Counted from the first letter of the stretch, positions 38,312 to 51,614 are shown. The stretch: 64,000 nt of DNA from Vicugna vicugna (GCA_013265495.1 MU058687.1:5206093-5270092); one strand, 5' to 3'. The notes: generated by a model from the sequence alone, not told the origin. Made by a program: numbers and translations.

Positions 38312-38925
38312 AGTTCATTCATTCATACAACAAATATTTAATGACCACTTAATAGATGCTGAGCAGTGAACTTGGCACTAAATGCAAATGGCAACTATGA
38401 CGTACATATCCTTGAGCTCTAGGGAGTTTACACCCTTATGGGGAAGCCTGATGAGATATATAATTACAAACGGTGACACCCTCCCCCCCACAACATGGGG
38501 ACAAATAAGCAGAGCACAGGGATGAGAGCAAAGTTCACAGGGGGGAGTTTTTTTCATTGGGTAGATGGGTCGGGTAGGACTCTCGAAGAAGGTTTCAACC
38601 CACAACTCAAAGGATGGTCAGGAGACAGTCATGTGGATGAACCAGACAGGGGAAAACTCATGAGAGAAGACTCAGAGGTGAAGAGTTGATGAGCTCTGAG
38701 GCACTAACAGGGTCTGATATGACTGGAAAACACCAGAAACAGTGGACAGGGATTTAAGATGAGGCTGAAGGGCGGAAAGGGGTCACACCATGAAGGGCCT
38801 TACTGGCCACCTTAAGGAGTTTGGGCTTGCAATGAGAAGCCACTAGAAGATTTTAAACAAGAGAAGATGTGATCTGAGTCATATTTCAGGATAATTCTCT
38901 GGCTGCTGGGTAGAGAAAAGACTGT
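38312..38925 (-). mobile_element. L2 3' region
   Basis: ttcattcattcatacaacaaatatttaatga...agatgaggctg..gaagggcctt..taaggagtttgggctt..agaagccactagaagattttaaaca. Confidence 0.85.
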
Positions 38926-39354
38926 TGTTACAGTCCTGTCTCTGCCTTAACTTGCTTTGAGAGCCACTTTTGCGGGTTGTAAATGTTCTCTAAGTTCCCT
39001 TTGAGTTGTAAAATTGCAGCCTTTTATTAACTCTAATAAACAGCTCTGATGGAAAAGTGGGAGAGAAGAATGTGTGTTGGTGGTGGGGATTCGGAGAAGA
39101 CACGGCAGGTATTTCCAGGTGGGTACGTAAGTTGCCGGAAGGCAGCAATGTCAAACGGCTCATGTTACGAGTTTACCCAGAGTTGTCTGGTCTTTTCCAC
39201 GTGCCAGAATGGTGAGTAACACACACTTTTACATGGCATGCTTGACCTCATACATCCATTACTGACATTCTGGGAATCGAGGCCAATAGACTTCTGTATA
39301 CTCATTTACCAAGTATTTATTGAGTGTTTCCTGTTTACATGGTAAGGGGAGGCT

Positions 39355-39580
39355 ACCAAGAAGGCAGTGTGAGCTCATGGAAAGCTCAAGGGGCTTAGAG
39401 TTGGTTCTGAATTTACATCCCAGCCCTACCATGTACTAACCCTGTAATGTAGGTCTCTGAGTCTCAGTTCTCTCATCTGAGAAGTGGGACTGAAAATACC
39501 CACCCGAATGAGACTTTGAACTCCAAACATCTAATTTGGGTGTCTGTCATTGAGTAAAGACTCATAAAAATGTACATCAT
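39355..39580 (+). mobile_element. MIR SINE
   Basis: gaaggcagtgtg..catcccagccctaccatgtactaac..tctctgagtctcagttctctcatctgagaagtggg. Confidence 0.75.
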
Positions 39581-40062
39581 TTTAGCCTCTTGCACGGAGA
39601 GCAAATTAACATGAAGCATACTCCTCCTGTACTGTCACGTGGGTTCACGATTACAAACTCACCTCTCAGAAGTTTCTAAAAGCCTTGATTTCTTCTACCT
39701 TAAAAGGGAAATAATTTGAATAGTCACACTGAGAAGAACAGCTATCCAGCAATTACTATTCCTTGGAGAAATTTAGTCTTTCAATTTTTCTGTTAAGAAG
39801 TAGATGTATACAGACATTTGCAATTTTGTTGAACTTGTGAATTGCTCTCCCCACCCACCATTGCTCATGAGACTTCTGCAAATACAAAGGAGGCTTTAGT
39901 ACAAAGCCCTTGAGTAGTAGATAATACAGTCCTAAAAGATGCTTTCACGCTGGGGTGAGGGTCTCCCTTTAATGACTTTCCTTAAAACTTGAGATCTTCT
40001 CCTTCAGACACTAGAATCAGAACCCAATCATATTTTCAACTATAGAAAATAGCACAAGACAC

Positions 40063-40572
40063 TGTTGGAGAGGAAGAAAACTTCCCTGTACTCGTCTAGG
40101 TTCTTCTGGTTGGTCTAAAAATTAAATTGATGTAAGAAATTAACAGCAGAAAATTAATTTTAATTTTGTATGTCTGGGAATCCCATATACATGAGACGGT
40201 CAGGAACCAACATATGTGAGAGGCTTAGAGACAGAAGGTAAAATGAGATATATATGCCATCCTGAGCTAAAGAATGGGATTGGGACTGGGAGCTTCCAAG
40301 GACAGGAGGGTCATTCGCAGGAAATAAGAGCAGATGTTTGGTAATTAGACGTTTGCCCTGACAAATAGATGGGGCCACTTAGATAAAATTCATCTCCAGT
40401 AATAACTCTTTTCTGGGAAAAATCCTCCATTTAAATTCTTCTAGGTGCTTAAGGGAGGGGCAGTAATTTCACTTGAACCAGCAGGGTCTGCAGGGTCTCA
40501 ACTGCCTTTAGCTCAAAATAATCCTTATGCAAAGGTGATGTATTTAGGGAAGGCTTGTTCTGAATGTCAACA
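40063..40572 (-). mobile_element. MER34-like ERV1 solo LTR (510 bp)
   Basis: TG...CA termini; flanks ACAC/CCAC (3 of 4); ctgcctttagctcaaaataatccttatgcaaaggtg is the MER34-family terminal motif. Confidence 0.8.
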
Positions 40573-43269
40573 CCACTGTAGACTCCTCCCTTTGCCTTTA
40601 GGCTAAGATCCATCAATTTCAGCTGAGGACCACAGGAGCAGCAGGACTGACCCCTCTGCTCTTCCTTCCCTACTCACTGATGCCGATGCTTATGTTTACA
40701 AGAGAGGTGAGTTTCAGAAGTTGAAAGAAAACCAAAGCACCTTGCTGTAAAAGGTGGAGAGACAGATTCCATAATATGGGTATGAATAGGAAAGTTTTAC
40801 CCTAAGTGATACAAATACTTTAACTGAGTTTTGCATCTTTATGGTGCAAAGTGGTATCCTCTTTGAAATGGAACTCAAGCAAAACAGTTACTGGCAATAA
40901 CAAGCTAGAAGGGTTACTTGGTGGCGGGATGGGGTGGATGAAAATTGAGAGCTAAATGGCAATTTCTCCTTACAGGACACAGCCATAGCCTAGAGTGAAT
41001 GTCACTTCTACTTCAGCACGTGCACATGGTGGTCAGCTTCCCTGGTAATTCAAACATATTGGTACCTGTCATGGTCTTACCTTATCGGACACATTCTTTC
41101 CAAGTTGGGGGTCCCCACTGTAATGTGGAGCTCACCCAGACAGCAACCCACTTTGCTGAGGCAGCAAGTCCAGAAGCTGCTCATCTTGACTGATACTCCT
41201 TGGCTATGGAATCCTCAATGGAAATTACAGTTGGGACCACCTATGTTTAACTAGCCTTACCTACACGGTATTTCTTTGTACTTAAACACAAAGCATTTAT
41301 TAAGAATGATTTAATTCCTATCCTCAAATCAACTATACGTAATTTAACAAACAGTTATGCATGAATGCAAACCGCGTTATCAGTATGGCTATAGTTTTCT
41401 GTCTTTATCCCAGTTCTTGAAATTCATACTAATTGCAATTTGTTCTTTTTGTGATAAAACTCTTTACTGGTCTTTTATTAAAATGCAGGTAATTCATAGG
41501 ATTTTTTTGAGGCTCTCAGCCAGTTACTAGTGTTCATGTACTCACCATACACATGCTTGCCTGAGCAGCACCTCAGAGGAAGCTGAGATTGGGGCAGGGG
41601 TGGAACATAGCATAGTCATGTTTTGATAAGCGTATAAGAAAGAATGTGGGAAAATAGTCTTAAAGCAAAGGAGATGCCTAGAAAAGGTGGGCAGACAGTC
41701 TCTTGTGACGTCCATGCAATTAGAGAATAATTTGGAGGACTTGGGTATCTAATGCAGTGAGAAGTGTAGTCTGGAGGAAGAGAGAAGCGTTAAGAAGGCT
41801 GGTAGGGGTTTCCAGCTTTCATTTCACGTCTTTGTATCTTAGATGTGACATTTTTGTTCCACAAATGATCCTGGCTCAGCATGTATCCCAGAAGGGCACT
41901 TGGCCTCTCTGGTCTCCATCTCTTGTTCTGTTACATGACAGATCAGATGACATGAAAAGTTGCTTTCTGCTCAAATATGCCATGAAACAAACTCGTCACT
42001 GGAGAAGGTGGAGGCAAAACTTCTGCACTGCACAAGAACACACAGATATATAAGCAGCGTGACAAATTGTCCACCACAGAATTTATGCAAATTGCATGGA
42101 AACTGGAGAATCACAGCAAAGATTGGGATATAATAAAAATATATAATTCTTCTAAGGTATCACCCCAATTAAAATGGGAAGTTGCCAGGGGCATGGAAGG
42201 AACTGCAGGTGAATATTTTTGTTTGTCTGAGACTGCTTGGCTCGTTAGCCAAATTCTGATCATTTCCTTACATAAAGAATCCAGTGAGAACAAGGCATTG
42301 TTGAGACACTCTGGATAAGAAAAAATCTGGGGGGAACACTATGCAATCAGCAGTCACCCTTTCTCCATCCCATAAAAATACTCTATTACAATTGCTCATG
42401 ATATTTAAATCTCCGGGAAAATGTGTCTACTTTAGAACCATTCACAAGGCTATACAGACAAAGCAGGAGGATAAGGGAAGAAAAGGAATTTTATCTCTAA
42501 TTAATGCTGACATCCCCACTCTCTCTCTCTCTTTTTTTCTGAGAATTTGACAGCTACAGAAGAGAAAAATTCTTAAGGCTATGAAAACTGTTTAGAGGAG
42601 CCACCAACACTTAACTTTGAATTCAACACCTTCGTTTGCACTTGAAATTCACTCTCAGCCTTTTTAGGGGCTGAAGGGCTTTTTGCACCCTTGCCTTCAT
42701 TTGGAGAACTGTGTGTCACATACCTACCAGCGAGCTGCCGCAGCGGGGAAGGCTTTCTTTGGTTTGAGGACAGAGATGATGAGGGTCCCCCCAGATGTCA
42801 GAAACCACTTCCATGCTGTTTTCTCAAGTTGGATCTAGAACCCCTTCTAGTTAAGGAAATATGAATCGATTTTTGAAATAGCTTCTTGGCTACATTACAG
42901 TCTTAAAGTAGTAAATCTTTCTGTTCTTTTGTTTTTGTTTGGATTCTTTTTTTAAAATGAACTCAGAGTAAAAGGAAACTGAAAAACTTATTTGTAGAAA
43001 TACACTTAGTCTGCAGGTGCTGGCCCTTCATTTTGGAGGAGGGCTTTGAGGAAAGGTTACTGGCTGCTTTGATTCTCCGTTTTCTTATCACTTGCAATAG
43101 AAGCTAAGTGCCCTCCTTCTCCCTGACTTCCTTTCAGTCAGGTTCAGAATGGCTGTGTGCTAACACAGGAGGCTGTTAAGTGAGCGGTAGAGTGATGAGG
43201 GTGCAGGCTCCTGAATCATAGGTCCTCACTGGAATGTCAGTTGTGCCATCATCTCTTTGTGTCATTTTG

Positions 43270-44668
43270 CCTCGTAGACCAAGAGAAGGGGACCCCTGCC
43301 CTGGGCTCTGCGGATCGAGGGGCCTTGCGTATCCCAAACATACAAACTACCTTTACTAAAGAACCCCTGGTTGCCCTGTTAACTTAGCATCCTGCATTCA
43401 GCACTGGCCCCTAACCGTCAACATCCGTTTTCCCGATTAATACAATTCAGAACCCAGAGAAATGCTCCTCCCCACTTCTCACCCTATGCCTTCAAAAGGA
43501 AAGTCACCGCCACTGGAATACCATGAAGGTTTGCTGGCTGTGCTGCTGGGGGAGTCAAAGAAGAACGCTGCTTTGGGGTGCGGGAGGACTGGAGCTGCGG
43601 CAGAGGCGTTTAGATAAAAGACAAATTAATTAACTTGTCAAAACTTCCTCTCAGATAGCAGAAATGCAATAAGTTCTTACATAATGAAGTGTCATTTCCA
43701 AGTTGTACAGAAACAAACGGCTCCAAAGGCGTCCACTAATTAGAGCAGTTTCTGCAGCCGTTGTGTTGGTGTCTGAGGAGCATTTTGTAACGTTAAACAC
43801 TACGCTGCACTCAATTTGTACATATATGTGTGAACGCTGAATGTAACATGTGAGACGTATGATGTGGTCTCTTTACACTGGTGTTTAAATGGATGATATT
43901 CAACACTAGAAATGAGGATGGTTTTATCTTTATAAAAAGATTTAATGAGATTTTATTAAATCTTAAAAACTAAAATGAGCATTTCAGATTTATTTAAATT
44001 ATTTTAATATTCTTTAAATATACTTTAAATTAGGCTCTCAAAATTTATTAATTTAAAATATTTCAGGAGAAAATAAATTTAAAATAAATTTGAAACACAG
44101 TGTTTTGATCCTCTATACTTACTTTAATTTACAGTTTTGAGAAAATATATTTGATACATAATATTTGAATTTTGATAAAATATACGCAAATGTTATACAG
44201 TTTCAATGCCACTATGCTTTATTTTTTAGTCCTTTAGATTACTACAATTGACTGAATCCAAATTCTGTGAAAAAATTTATTTATAAATAAAAGCATAATT
44301 AATTGTGCTGAAATTAAGACAAGGAAAATTTATTTTATGGAACATATATAATAATGATTACTTATTTTCTTCTATTATTACTCATTCAGATATTAGTCCA
44401 GAGACAGAATACCCAAAGATATCCAATAATAGTTAAATTTAATCATTTTAAATGTTTTATCAACTTTTAAGGATATAAAAATACATAGCTTTACACTTAT
44501 TTTTCAGTTTTGTTATTATGAAAGTATGCGTGTCCAAGCAGAGGAATGGGATATATTTAGTTACCACTGTGATAGCTTGAGTTATTACTACTAACTATGT
44601 TGCCATATGGCATGAAGCCCTTTATGCATGCTCTCCCTCAGACCCCACAGTTTCCAAGACTGAGTCTG
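43270..44668. mobile_element. Probable hAT-Tip100-type DNA transposon fossil inserted into a MIR
   Basis: The MIR 5' half (~43175-43268) resumes at ~44690; the ends cccctgccctgggctctgcg..ggggcc and cagaccccaca..gagtctg resemble Tip100-family termini; AT-rich interior. Confidence 0.45.
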
Positions 44669-47600
44669 AGTGAATGATCTTTAGAAATTGAACCTCTTGG
44701 GGCTTTGATTTCCTCATCTGTAAAACCAAAATGGTAACATGCCCAAGATGATGGTGAAGATGACATGATCACCATAAAGCCCTTAGCACAGTGAAAGATG
44801 GTGGGAGTTCAGCTGTGGTGAGAGTTCATTTATGGTGTTTACACTGTCCTTCCACGAGGTGACATCCACCCAGCTTCTGCTCCAGCACTGTCTGATTCAA
44901 TAATATGTAAGAATCATGTCATTGTTTGACACAAGCATTTGAATGTATCAAACACTAGAAGTACAAATGATTTTATTTCTATAAAAACACTTAATGAGGT
45001 GTTAATAAAATTTCAAAAAAGCAAAATGACCATTTCAACTTTACTTAATTAATTTTGATAACACTTCCTAAGATACTGGTAAAGGCAAAAAGAAATGATA
45101 CCCATAAAACCCTTAGTGTAGCAAGTGCCTGAAAGATGGTGAGACTTCGACTATGGCATTTACCATTTCCTTACGTGGTATAACTCCTAACTAACCTACG
45201 ATATAGCATTGTTCTGATTAAATAAATGTCCCAACCCAAATTAGCTTTTTTTTTTTTGCAAATGCATAAATATGAACTTATATTTTGGAAAGCTTCAGCT
45301 GCTATAGAGCACGGTTATTTTAATACACAGCACGTTGTCATCCTCTCTCTACTTACAGGGGGACAACACGTGTGGTGTTCTTGGCCTCAGGCGTAATTTT
45401 TTTTTAAGGTGTCTCTTCGGTTCCTCTAGCCCTGTTCCTTTTCCTTTTCCATTTTACTGTTTACTATGGGGCTACCCCTTTCATAATACCCAGCACAGCA
45501 CTAAGTGTAAGAGTTTAAAAAACATGAATTCAATTTTTCAGTACTCCTTACTTTTATTTTGTTGAAAATTTTTCTTCAAATTGGTTAAGAAAGAAAGAAA
45601 TTTAAAAAAAAAAAAGACACTCACCATGGGCCCTTAAACTAAAGCATCCCCCTATTTATCTTACGGATTTCTGGTCATGAAATTGATGACTCTTGTATTA
45701 ATCATGCTGCCTTATTGACTTAAAAATTAATTCATAATAGAAATCACAAGAGTGAAACAGAGCTCATAAACTAAAACAACACAAAGACAGGTCAAAATGA
45801 AAGTCAGATGAAAACAAAGCATCATAGGAATGATACCTTTAGCTTATAAACAAAATAATTTTAATAACTGTAAGGATTTGAGAAAATGTTACCAGTAAGT
45901 TTATCTTCCACTACCTACATGAGATAACAGAAGCAATAGACACAGCTCCCTTTTACAGGAATTGTCAAGGCAGATATACTTCTTTGTTACCAATAACAAT
46001 GAAAGTTGAATCTAAAAATCAGATTCACTAATTCCAAGTAATACTGAAACGTGACCAGAAAGCTTTTGTAATTCTCCCATTAAAAGCACTCAGATCTGGG
46101 CCCATATTTCTTACCATCTGAACGACTCAAAGACAAATTTAGTTCCCACTTCTCTCTACCCTGCTACCGTGGTTACTTTCAGGAAGTATACAGAATGCCT
46201 CCACAACCTTCCATGAATGGGGGGTCCCATAACTTTATTCTGACACTTCAGATCGCCCAAAATACAGCCCCAATCACTCATATGGTATTGCTTTTATCCT
46301 ACATGTAAGCATCCAATGATTCGAACAAACTGTACCTTTCCCACAGCACAAATCGCTGAACATTCTGGGTCATTGTGCTTTTGATTTCTACCTGGAATGA
46401 CAGCCTGCCTCTTACCTTCAAAATGGAAATCCAACCTGTCCCTCAAGGCACATCATTCCGAATCTCCCCAGTCACTCCCCAGTCACTGTCATCCTTCATC
46501 CCAAATCACTTTATACTCATAATATTTTAAATATTGTGCCCTTGTTTATTAGGGTTTTTTGTGTGTGTGTGCTTGTTTTTTCAGAGGTGAGGTACATTTG
46601 CAAATTTCCTTCCTAGATTGTTTCTCCTTCAAAATAGGAACTGGGTTTTTGCTTATCTTTAGAACAATGGCAGCTCTTAAGAAATCTGTTGAATTAAATA
46701 TTTATGTTGTCTCATTTTCTAGATTTCAAGGCATTTCTAGATATATCGGCCGTTTGGAATTGTGTAAAGAATGTAAGAAAAGCTAAGGGATGTTGGCTTA
46801 TTTGAATAATTTAATCTCTTATGTGGAAACATGCCTAAGGTTACTGTTCAAATTGTCTGCTGTGGTCTTAATACAAGGAATTACTCAGTGGGTTTCTGTT
46901 TGATTTCTGTAATTGTGAAAAAAATCACTGCAGATTTATCTGTTCACTCATTTTTTTTCAACATTGTAAACGCATTATGTGCTACATTCACCAAAAGAAA
47001 AATAAGAAAAAACTACACATTTTGGTGTGCATTCATCTTTGGTTTTGCAGACACAAAACAAAAGCCAAATTCCTTTCCAAAATGGTGTTATCTACTTGAC
47101 ACTGATGCCTGAAACTGTCCATTCTTTCCAATCTCCTTTATCCTCAAATGTTTTCTTTTGCACTGTTTGAATCGGTAAGTTGCTGCAAGTTCCTCTGAAC
47201 ATAAAGAAGGACAAATAGTGAATATTAAGGACTAATCTGCTAATACTTATCAACTAAATGTCCAAAAAATCCCACAGATCATATTGACACCTACAAAAAT
47301 CACTCTGAGGTATGTCCTGCTCTGTGTGGAAACAGAGTGATGAATAAGACAATCTACTCAAGTTTCTTTCTTGTTGCTATGAAATATAAAGAATTTAGAC
47401 ACTGGGCATATTTAGTTACTAATGGTCCCACAGCACAGATTGCCCAAAACGAGATGCTCACAACCCAGACAGCTTGGCCTGACTCCAAAGAAAGTAATTA
47501 CATTCGGTCTACCTGAAACTCCCAGTGCAGTGAGAACTAGAATCAGGTTTCATAGCCTGCTTAGCTGAACTATTATGCAGTATCATTGTCCAGCAATAAA

Positions 47601-47847
47601 ACAGCTGCTATATTTGACTCACTTCTACTTTCTCTCAGTTTAAGCAACTAAAATGGCTCTGTACAAAATTCTTCGAGTAAGAACTTGGATGGATAAGACT
47701 TAGAGATTCCTTCCTTTTCCTCCAAGACCCAAGATTTCTGATGCCAAGAAAATGTATGGACAGGATTATATAATCTCAACATTATAAAGAGCCTCGTTGC
47801 AACATGGTATAGATATGCTTTAAATCACCATTGGGAATTCATTTTTT

Positions 47848-48648
47848 AAATTAATTAACTTTTTGTTGATGCGTAGTCAGTATACAATGTTGCATCAACC
47901 TCTGGTGTACAACATAATGTTTCAGTCATACATATACATACATATATTCCTTTTCATATTCTTTTTCATTATAGATTGCTATAAGATGTTGAATATAGTT
48001 CCCTGTGCTATACAGTAGAAACTTGTTGTTTATCTGTTTTATGTATAATAGTTAGTATCTGCAAATCTCGAACTCCCAATTTATCCCTTCCCACCTGCTT
48101 CCCCCTTGGTAACCATAAGTTTGTTTTCTATGTCTGTGAGTCTGTTTCTGTTCTTTAAATAAGTTCACTTATGTCTTTTTTATTTTTTAGATTCCACATA
48201 TAAGTGATAGCATTTTTTTCCCTCTTTCTGACTTACTTCACTTCGAATGACAATCTCCAGGTACATCCATGCTGCTGCAAATGGCATTATTTTACTCTTT
48301 TTTATGGTTGAGTAGTATTCCTTTGTAAAACTATACCACAACTTCTTTATCCAGTCATCTGTTGATGGACATTTGCTTCCATGTCTTAGCTATTTTAAAT
48401 AGTGCTGCTATGAACACTGGGGTGCATTTATCTTTTTGAATTAGAGTTCCCTCTGGATATATGCCCAGGAGTGGGATTGCTGGATCACACAGTAAGTCTA
48501 TTTTTAGTTTTTTAAGGAATCGCCATACTGTTTTCCACAGTGATTACACCAAACTACATTCCCACCAACAGTGCAGGAAGTTTCCCCATTCTCTACACCC
48601 TCTCCAGCTTTTATCATTTGTGGACTTTTTAATGATGGACATTATGAA
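47848..48648 (-). mobile_element. 5'-truncated artiodactyl-type L1 (~800 bp) with ORF2 C-terminal remnant
   Basis: Minus strand encodes [66 protein letters not shown] gaa(t/c)tcattttttaa at 47835-47849 and 48649-48663, containing the TT/AAAA endonuclease site. Confidence 0.95.
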
Positions 48649-49109
48649 GAACTCATTTTTTAATCATCTTTATCAGCAAAACAGAAGAAAAGAAAGACAG
48701 TGGCATGTTCTACAAAGATTCTCTAGTTTAGTTCCTCCAACAACAGCAATAAAAATCTATTCTCTGATGGAACACTTGTATTGTCATTTAACCAATGATC
48801 CTAAATCCAGTGTGTGAGACATTACAATGCCTGTTATAGCTGGTTCTTAGCAACTTAAAAAAATTTTTTTTCTTATTTTCAGGTCAGAATGTGTTTATTA
48901 ATTCCTAGAATTACAAAAGCTCTGTATATTTTACTGAGTGTCATTTATTAATAGACAACCTGGTGAACTGCTATAGGAGAAACTCAACACTTTTCCCTGT
49001 TCCTAGATACTTATCTTCTTCTTTACGTGCTGCAAATGGAATTGGCCAAGCCTTTCACTGGGCTTACTGATGAAAGATCAAGAGAAAGTAAAACAACATT
49101 TCTCAGAAG

Positions 49110-49335
49110 GAATAGTTCATAACTGCCGGCATTTATTGAGGACCTTATTACATGCCAGGCACTGCTGTGTTAAAGATGTGACTGTGTGATCTCATCTAGT
49201 TGTCACCGTAACCCTATAAAGTGGGCAGTTCCGTAGTCTCAGCTTAATGATGAGGCGATTTAAAGATAACTTGCCTAATGCCACAGTTAGAAGTGGCAGC
49301 ATTAGAATTTAAGCCAGGCAGTTGGACCCCAATTC
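49110..49335 (-). mobile_element. MIR SINE
   Basis: gcatttattgaggaccttattacatgccaggcactg..taacttgcctaatgccacag..aagtggcagc..gaatttaagccaggcag. Confidence 0.8.
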
Positions 49336-49650
49336 TACAATAATAGATGCTGGGGAAATTCCAAATAGCATAGTATCTTAGAATGAAAACAAAAAGTATT
49401 AGGAAATACTTCGACAGAAACTAAGCAAGTCTCTCAAGTCCTTTGTAAATAAAATTAGCATTAAATTTCAATCAAAAATTGTGAGTGTTCAAAAAAGACT
49501 AGCTATCCACAGAAAATTATACTTATTCTATGAAGGTTCCAAGTACAAGGAAGCTTGGGCAACTTTGCTTCACAGGTAGCTTGATCCAGCAATGCCTATC
49601 TTAACAGGACAGTCGGATAACTTGTATTGAGTTTGTGCCTCACTTAGAGC

Positions 49651-49815
49651 AAAAAGAAAAAAAGAGAGAGAGGGAGAGGAACACAGAGAGAGAGAGAGAG
49701 GAGGGAAGGAAGGAAGGAGGGAAGGAAAGAAGGAGGGAAGGAAGGAAGAAAGACAGACATGGAGGGAGGAAAGAGCGGGGAAGGAAGGAAAAGAAAGAGA
49801 AAGAAAAGGAGAAAC
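49651..49815 (+). repeat. Purine-rich (GA)n/(GGAA)n tract
   Basis: Directly visible; it explains the two overlapping low-complexity ORFs. Confidence 0.92.
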
Positions 49816-50340
49816 AAGATTTATTAAAACCCAATCTTTTTAGCAAACGTTTCTTCATTACTGCAAAACAACCTGTAATACTTGGAATAATATAATAAGC
49901 ACCTGCTCATCCAAATAAGGTTCACTTAGGTTCATGTTATTTGCTGAGGCATTTAAGTGAGTGAACAAATACAATCAAACACTTTTGTTTGGACCTTGTT
50001 GAAAATCTAATATGTATTTTGCTTGGGTTATTTTTTCCCTTCCTTTTGTTGTTGTTGTTTAACTCTTAGTTGTCCAGAAAATCCATTAAATAAGACAATG
50101 TATTTCTTGTGTGTCTCAGCTAATTTAGGGCTCACTGTGTCACTCAGTGAAAGAGAATGGGGTACCAAGCTATCAATCCTGGGAAGGGACTTTAAAGCAA
50201 ACCCTCTTTTGGCAACAGGGCTGGGCAGGAGCGAGGTTTTGTTGAATGGGTGGTATATCTTTAATCTTCTATTCCCAATGCTTCAAAACCTCTCACAAAT
50301 GCTTTCAATTACTCTAAAGTAATTCTCTTATTTTTTAAGG

Positions 50341-50522
50341 CAGTGGTTTATAAAATTTTGTGTGCATTAGAACCACCGAAGGGCTTGTGAAAACAAATTG
50401 CTGGGTCCCACCATCAGAATTTCTAATCAGTATTTCTAGAGTGAGGCAAGGATTGTTTGCCTGACATGTTCCCTCATGAGCCTGATGCTTCTGGTCTGGT
50501 GACAAAACTTCGCAAAACACTT
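50341..50522. mobile_element. MER5A hAT-Charlie DNA transposon
   Basis: cagtggtt..tgtgcattagaaccacc..gggcttgtgaaaaca..ttgctgggtcccacc; 8-bp TSD ttttaagg/ttctaagg (7 of 8). Confidence 0.88.
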
Positions 50523-50619
50523 TTCTAAGGTATGTGGTGGCATCCTCCTGGCAGGCTCACAACCTTGAAATCTGCACTAGACATTTTTTTCCTACTCACC
50601 ACCCTTCTCTCCTTGTGCC

Positions 50620-51115
50620 ACTTTTTAGAAACTCCAACCATGCAGCTTGCATGATATTATTATGATTCTACAGGTCATGATCATGGATGACTTGTCCAAG
50701 TCTGGTCCAAACTGTTCCAAACTCTGCCAATCAGGGCATTTCCCTGGGATTTCTTTTCTTTTTTTTTTTTTTTTAACTTGAAATCAGAAAGGTGAGAATA
50801 TTTCTCTCTCTCTGGTACAAGAGTCCCAAGGCATGAAATGTCCCAAGACATGAAATGTCCCAAGGTATGAAATGTAGGGGCTCTTGGTATCCATATTTCC
50901 TTTATGTGGTGCAGTCTAGTCTGAAGGGCAGAGGATGTAGATTGAGAAGTGGTGGTGAGGGACAGAAGAGCTTTAGAGGGCTGAGTTCCAACTGTCCCTG
51001 TATCCCTCTATTTCCTGTTGTTTGGATTAGTGACGTAAACTCCTGACCTGCCAAACAAATTTTCTTTTCTTCTAGTCAGCCAGAAGTGGCTTTTGGTAAC
51101 TTACCACTGAAAATA
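50620..51115. mobile_element. LTR33-like ERVL LTR fragment
   Basis: gccaatcagggcatttccctgggattt and gtcagccagaagtggcttttggtaacttaccactgaaa. Confidence 0.5.
50823..50873 (+). repeat. 17-bp tandem repeat x3
   Basis: gtcccaaggcatgaaat / gtcccaagacatgaaat / gtcccaaggtatgaaat. Confidence 0.95.
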
Positions 51116-51500
51116 CAACAGTCATTTCATCTGAATTTGTCAATGCATGCAGGCTTTTCTCGTAAGGAGTTGAAATCATGTAGAACCGGGTAGCAAATCA
51201 CCAATATTTAGTGTATAATTAAACTGGCTTGTGGAAACACATCCTAAATCATCTGACTCAGAAAACATGTTTCAAATGACAGAACCTAAAAACAAAACAA
51301 AACAAAACAAAACAAAACCTCCTGCTCGTATATGACTGTCGAAGGTTGCCATGGCCACCTGGAGACCTGGACCCAATGTCAGTCTCTTACTTGGCAGCAG
51401 GCCACCAGGAACCAGAAAGACTACTTCAGAACATGTTCTTTAGCAGTCAAGACCATGCATACAGCTCCTGAAAACCAGCTTGCTTCTCACTTTGAAGCTT

Positions 51501-51614
51501 TAGGGTGACCCACTCTTCCCACTTTGACCAAGACTGTTGCAGTTTTAAAAGTGACAGTCCCATGTCCCAGGAACCCTCTCAATCTTGAGCAAATCAAGAC
51601 AATCAGACATCCTA
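51501..51614. mobile_element. MER81 (hAT-Blackjack) MITE, 114 bp
   Basis: Termini tagggtgacc...acatccta, interior gttttaaaagtgacagtcccatgtcccagga; length matches MER81 as recalled. Confidence 0.8.

Noticed and set aside
14160..41590. Isolated minus-strand donor-like motifs (near 14165, 15615, 41540)
   Set aside because: GTRAGT motifs are frequent by chance, and there was no strong paired acceptor or recognisable coding frame.
48461..48817. 118-aa [13 protein letters not shown]...
   Set aside because: It is the antisense reading of L1 ORF2, a well-known artefact peptide.
49635..49895. Charged and hydrophobic ORFs on both strands
   Set aside because: They are translations of the (GA)/(GGAA) tract.
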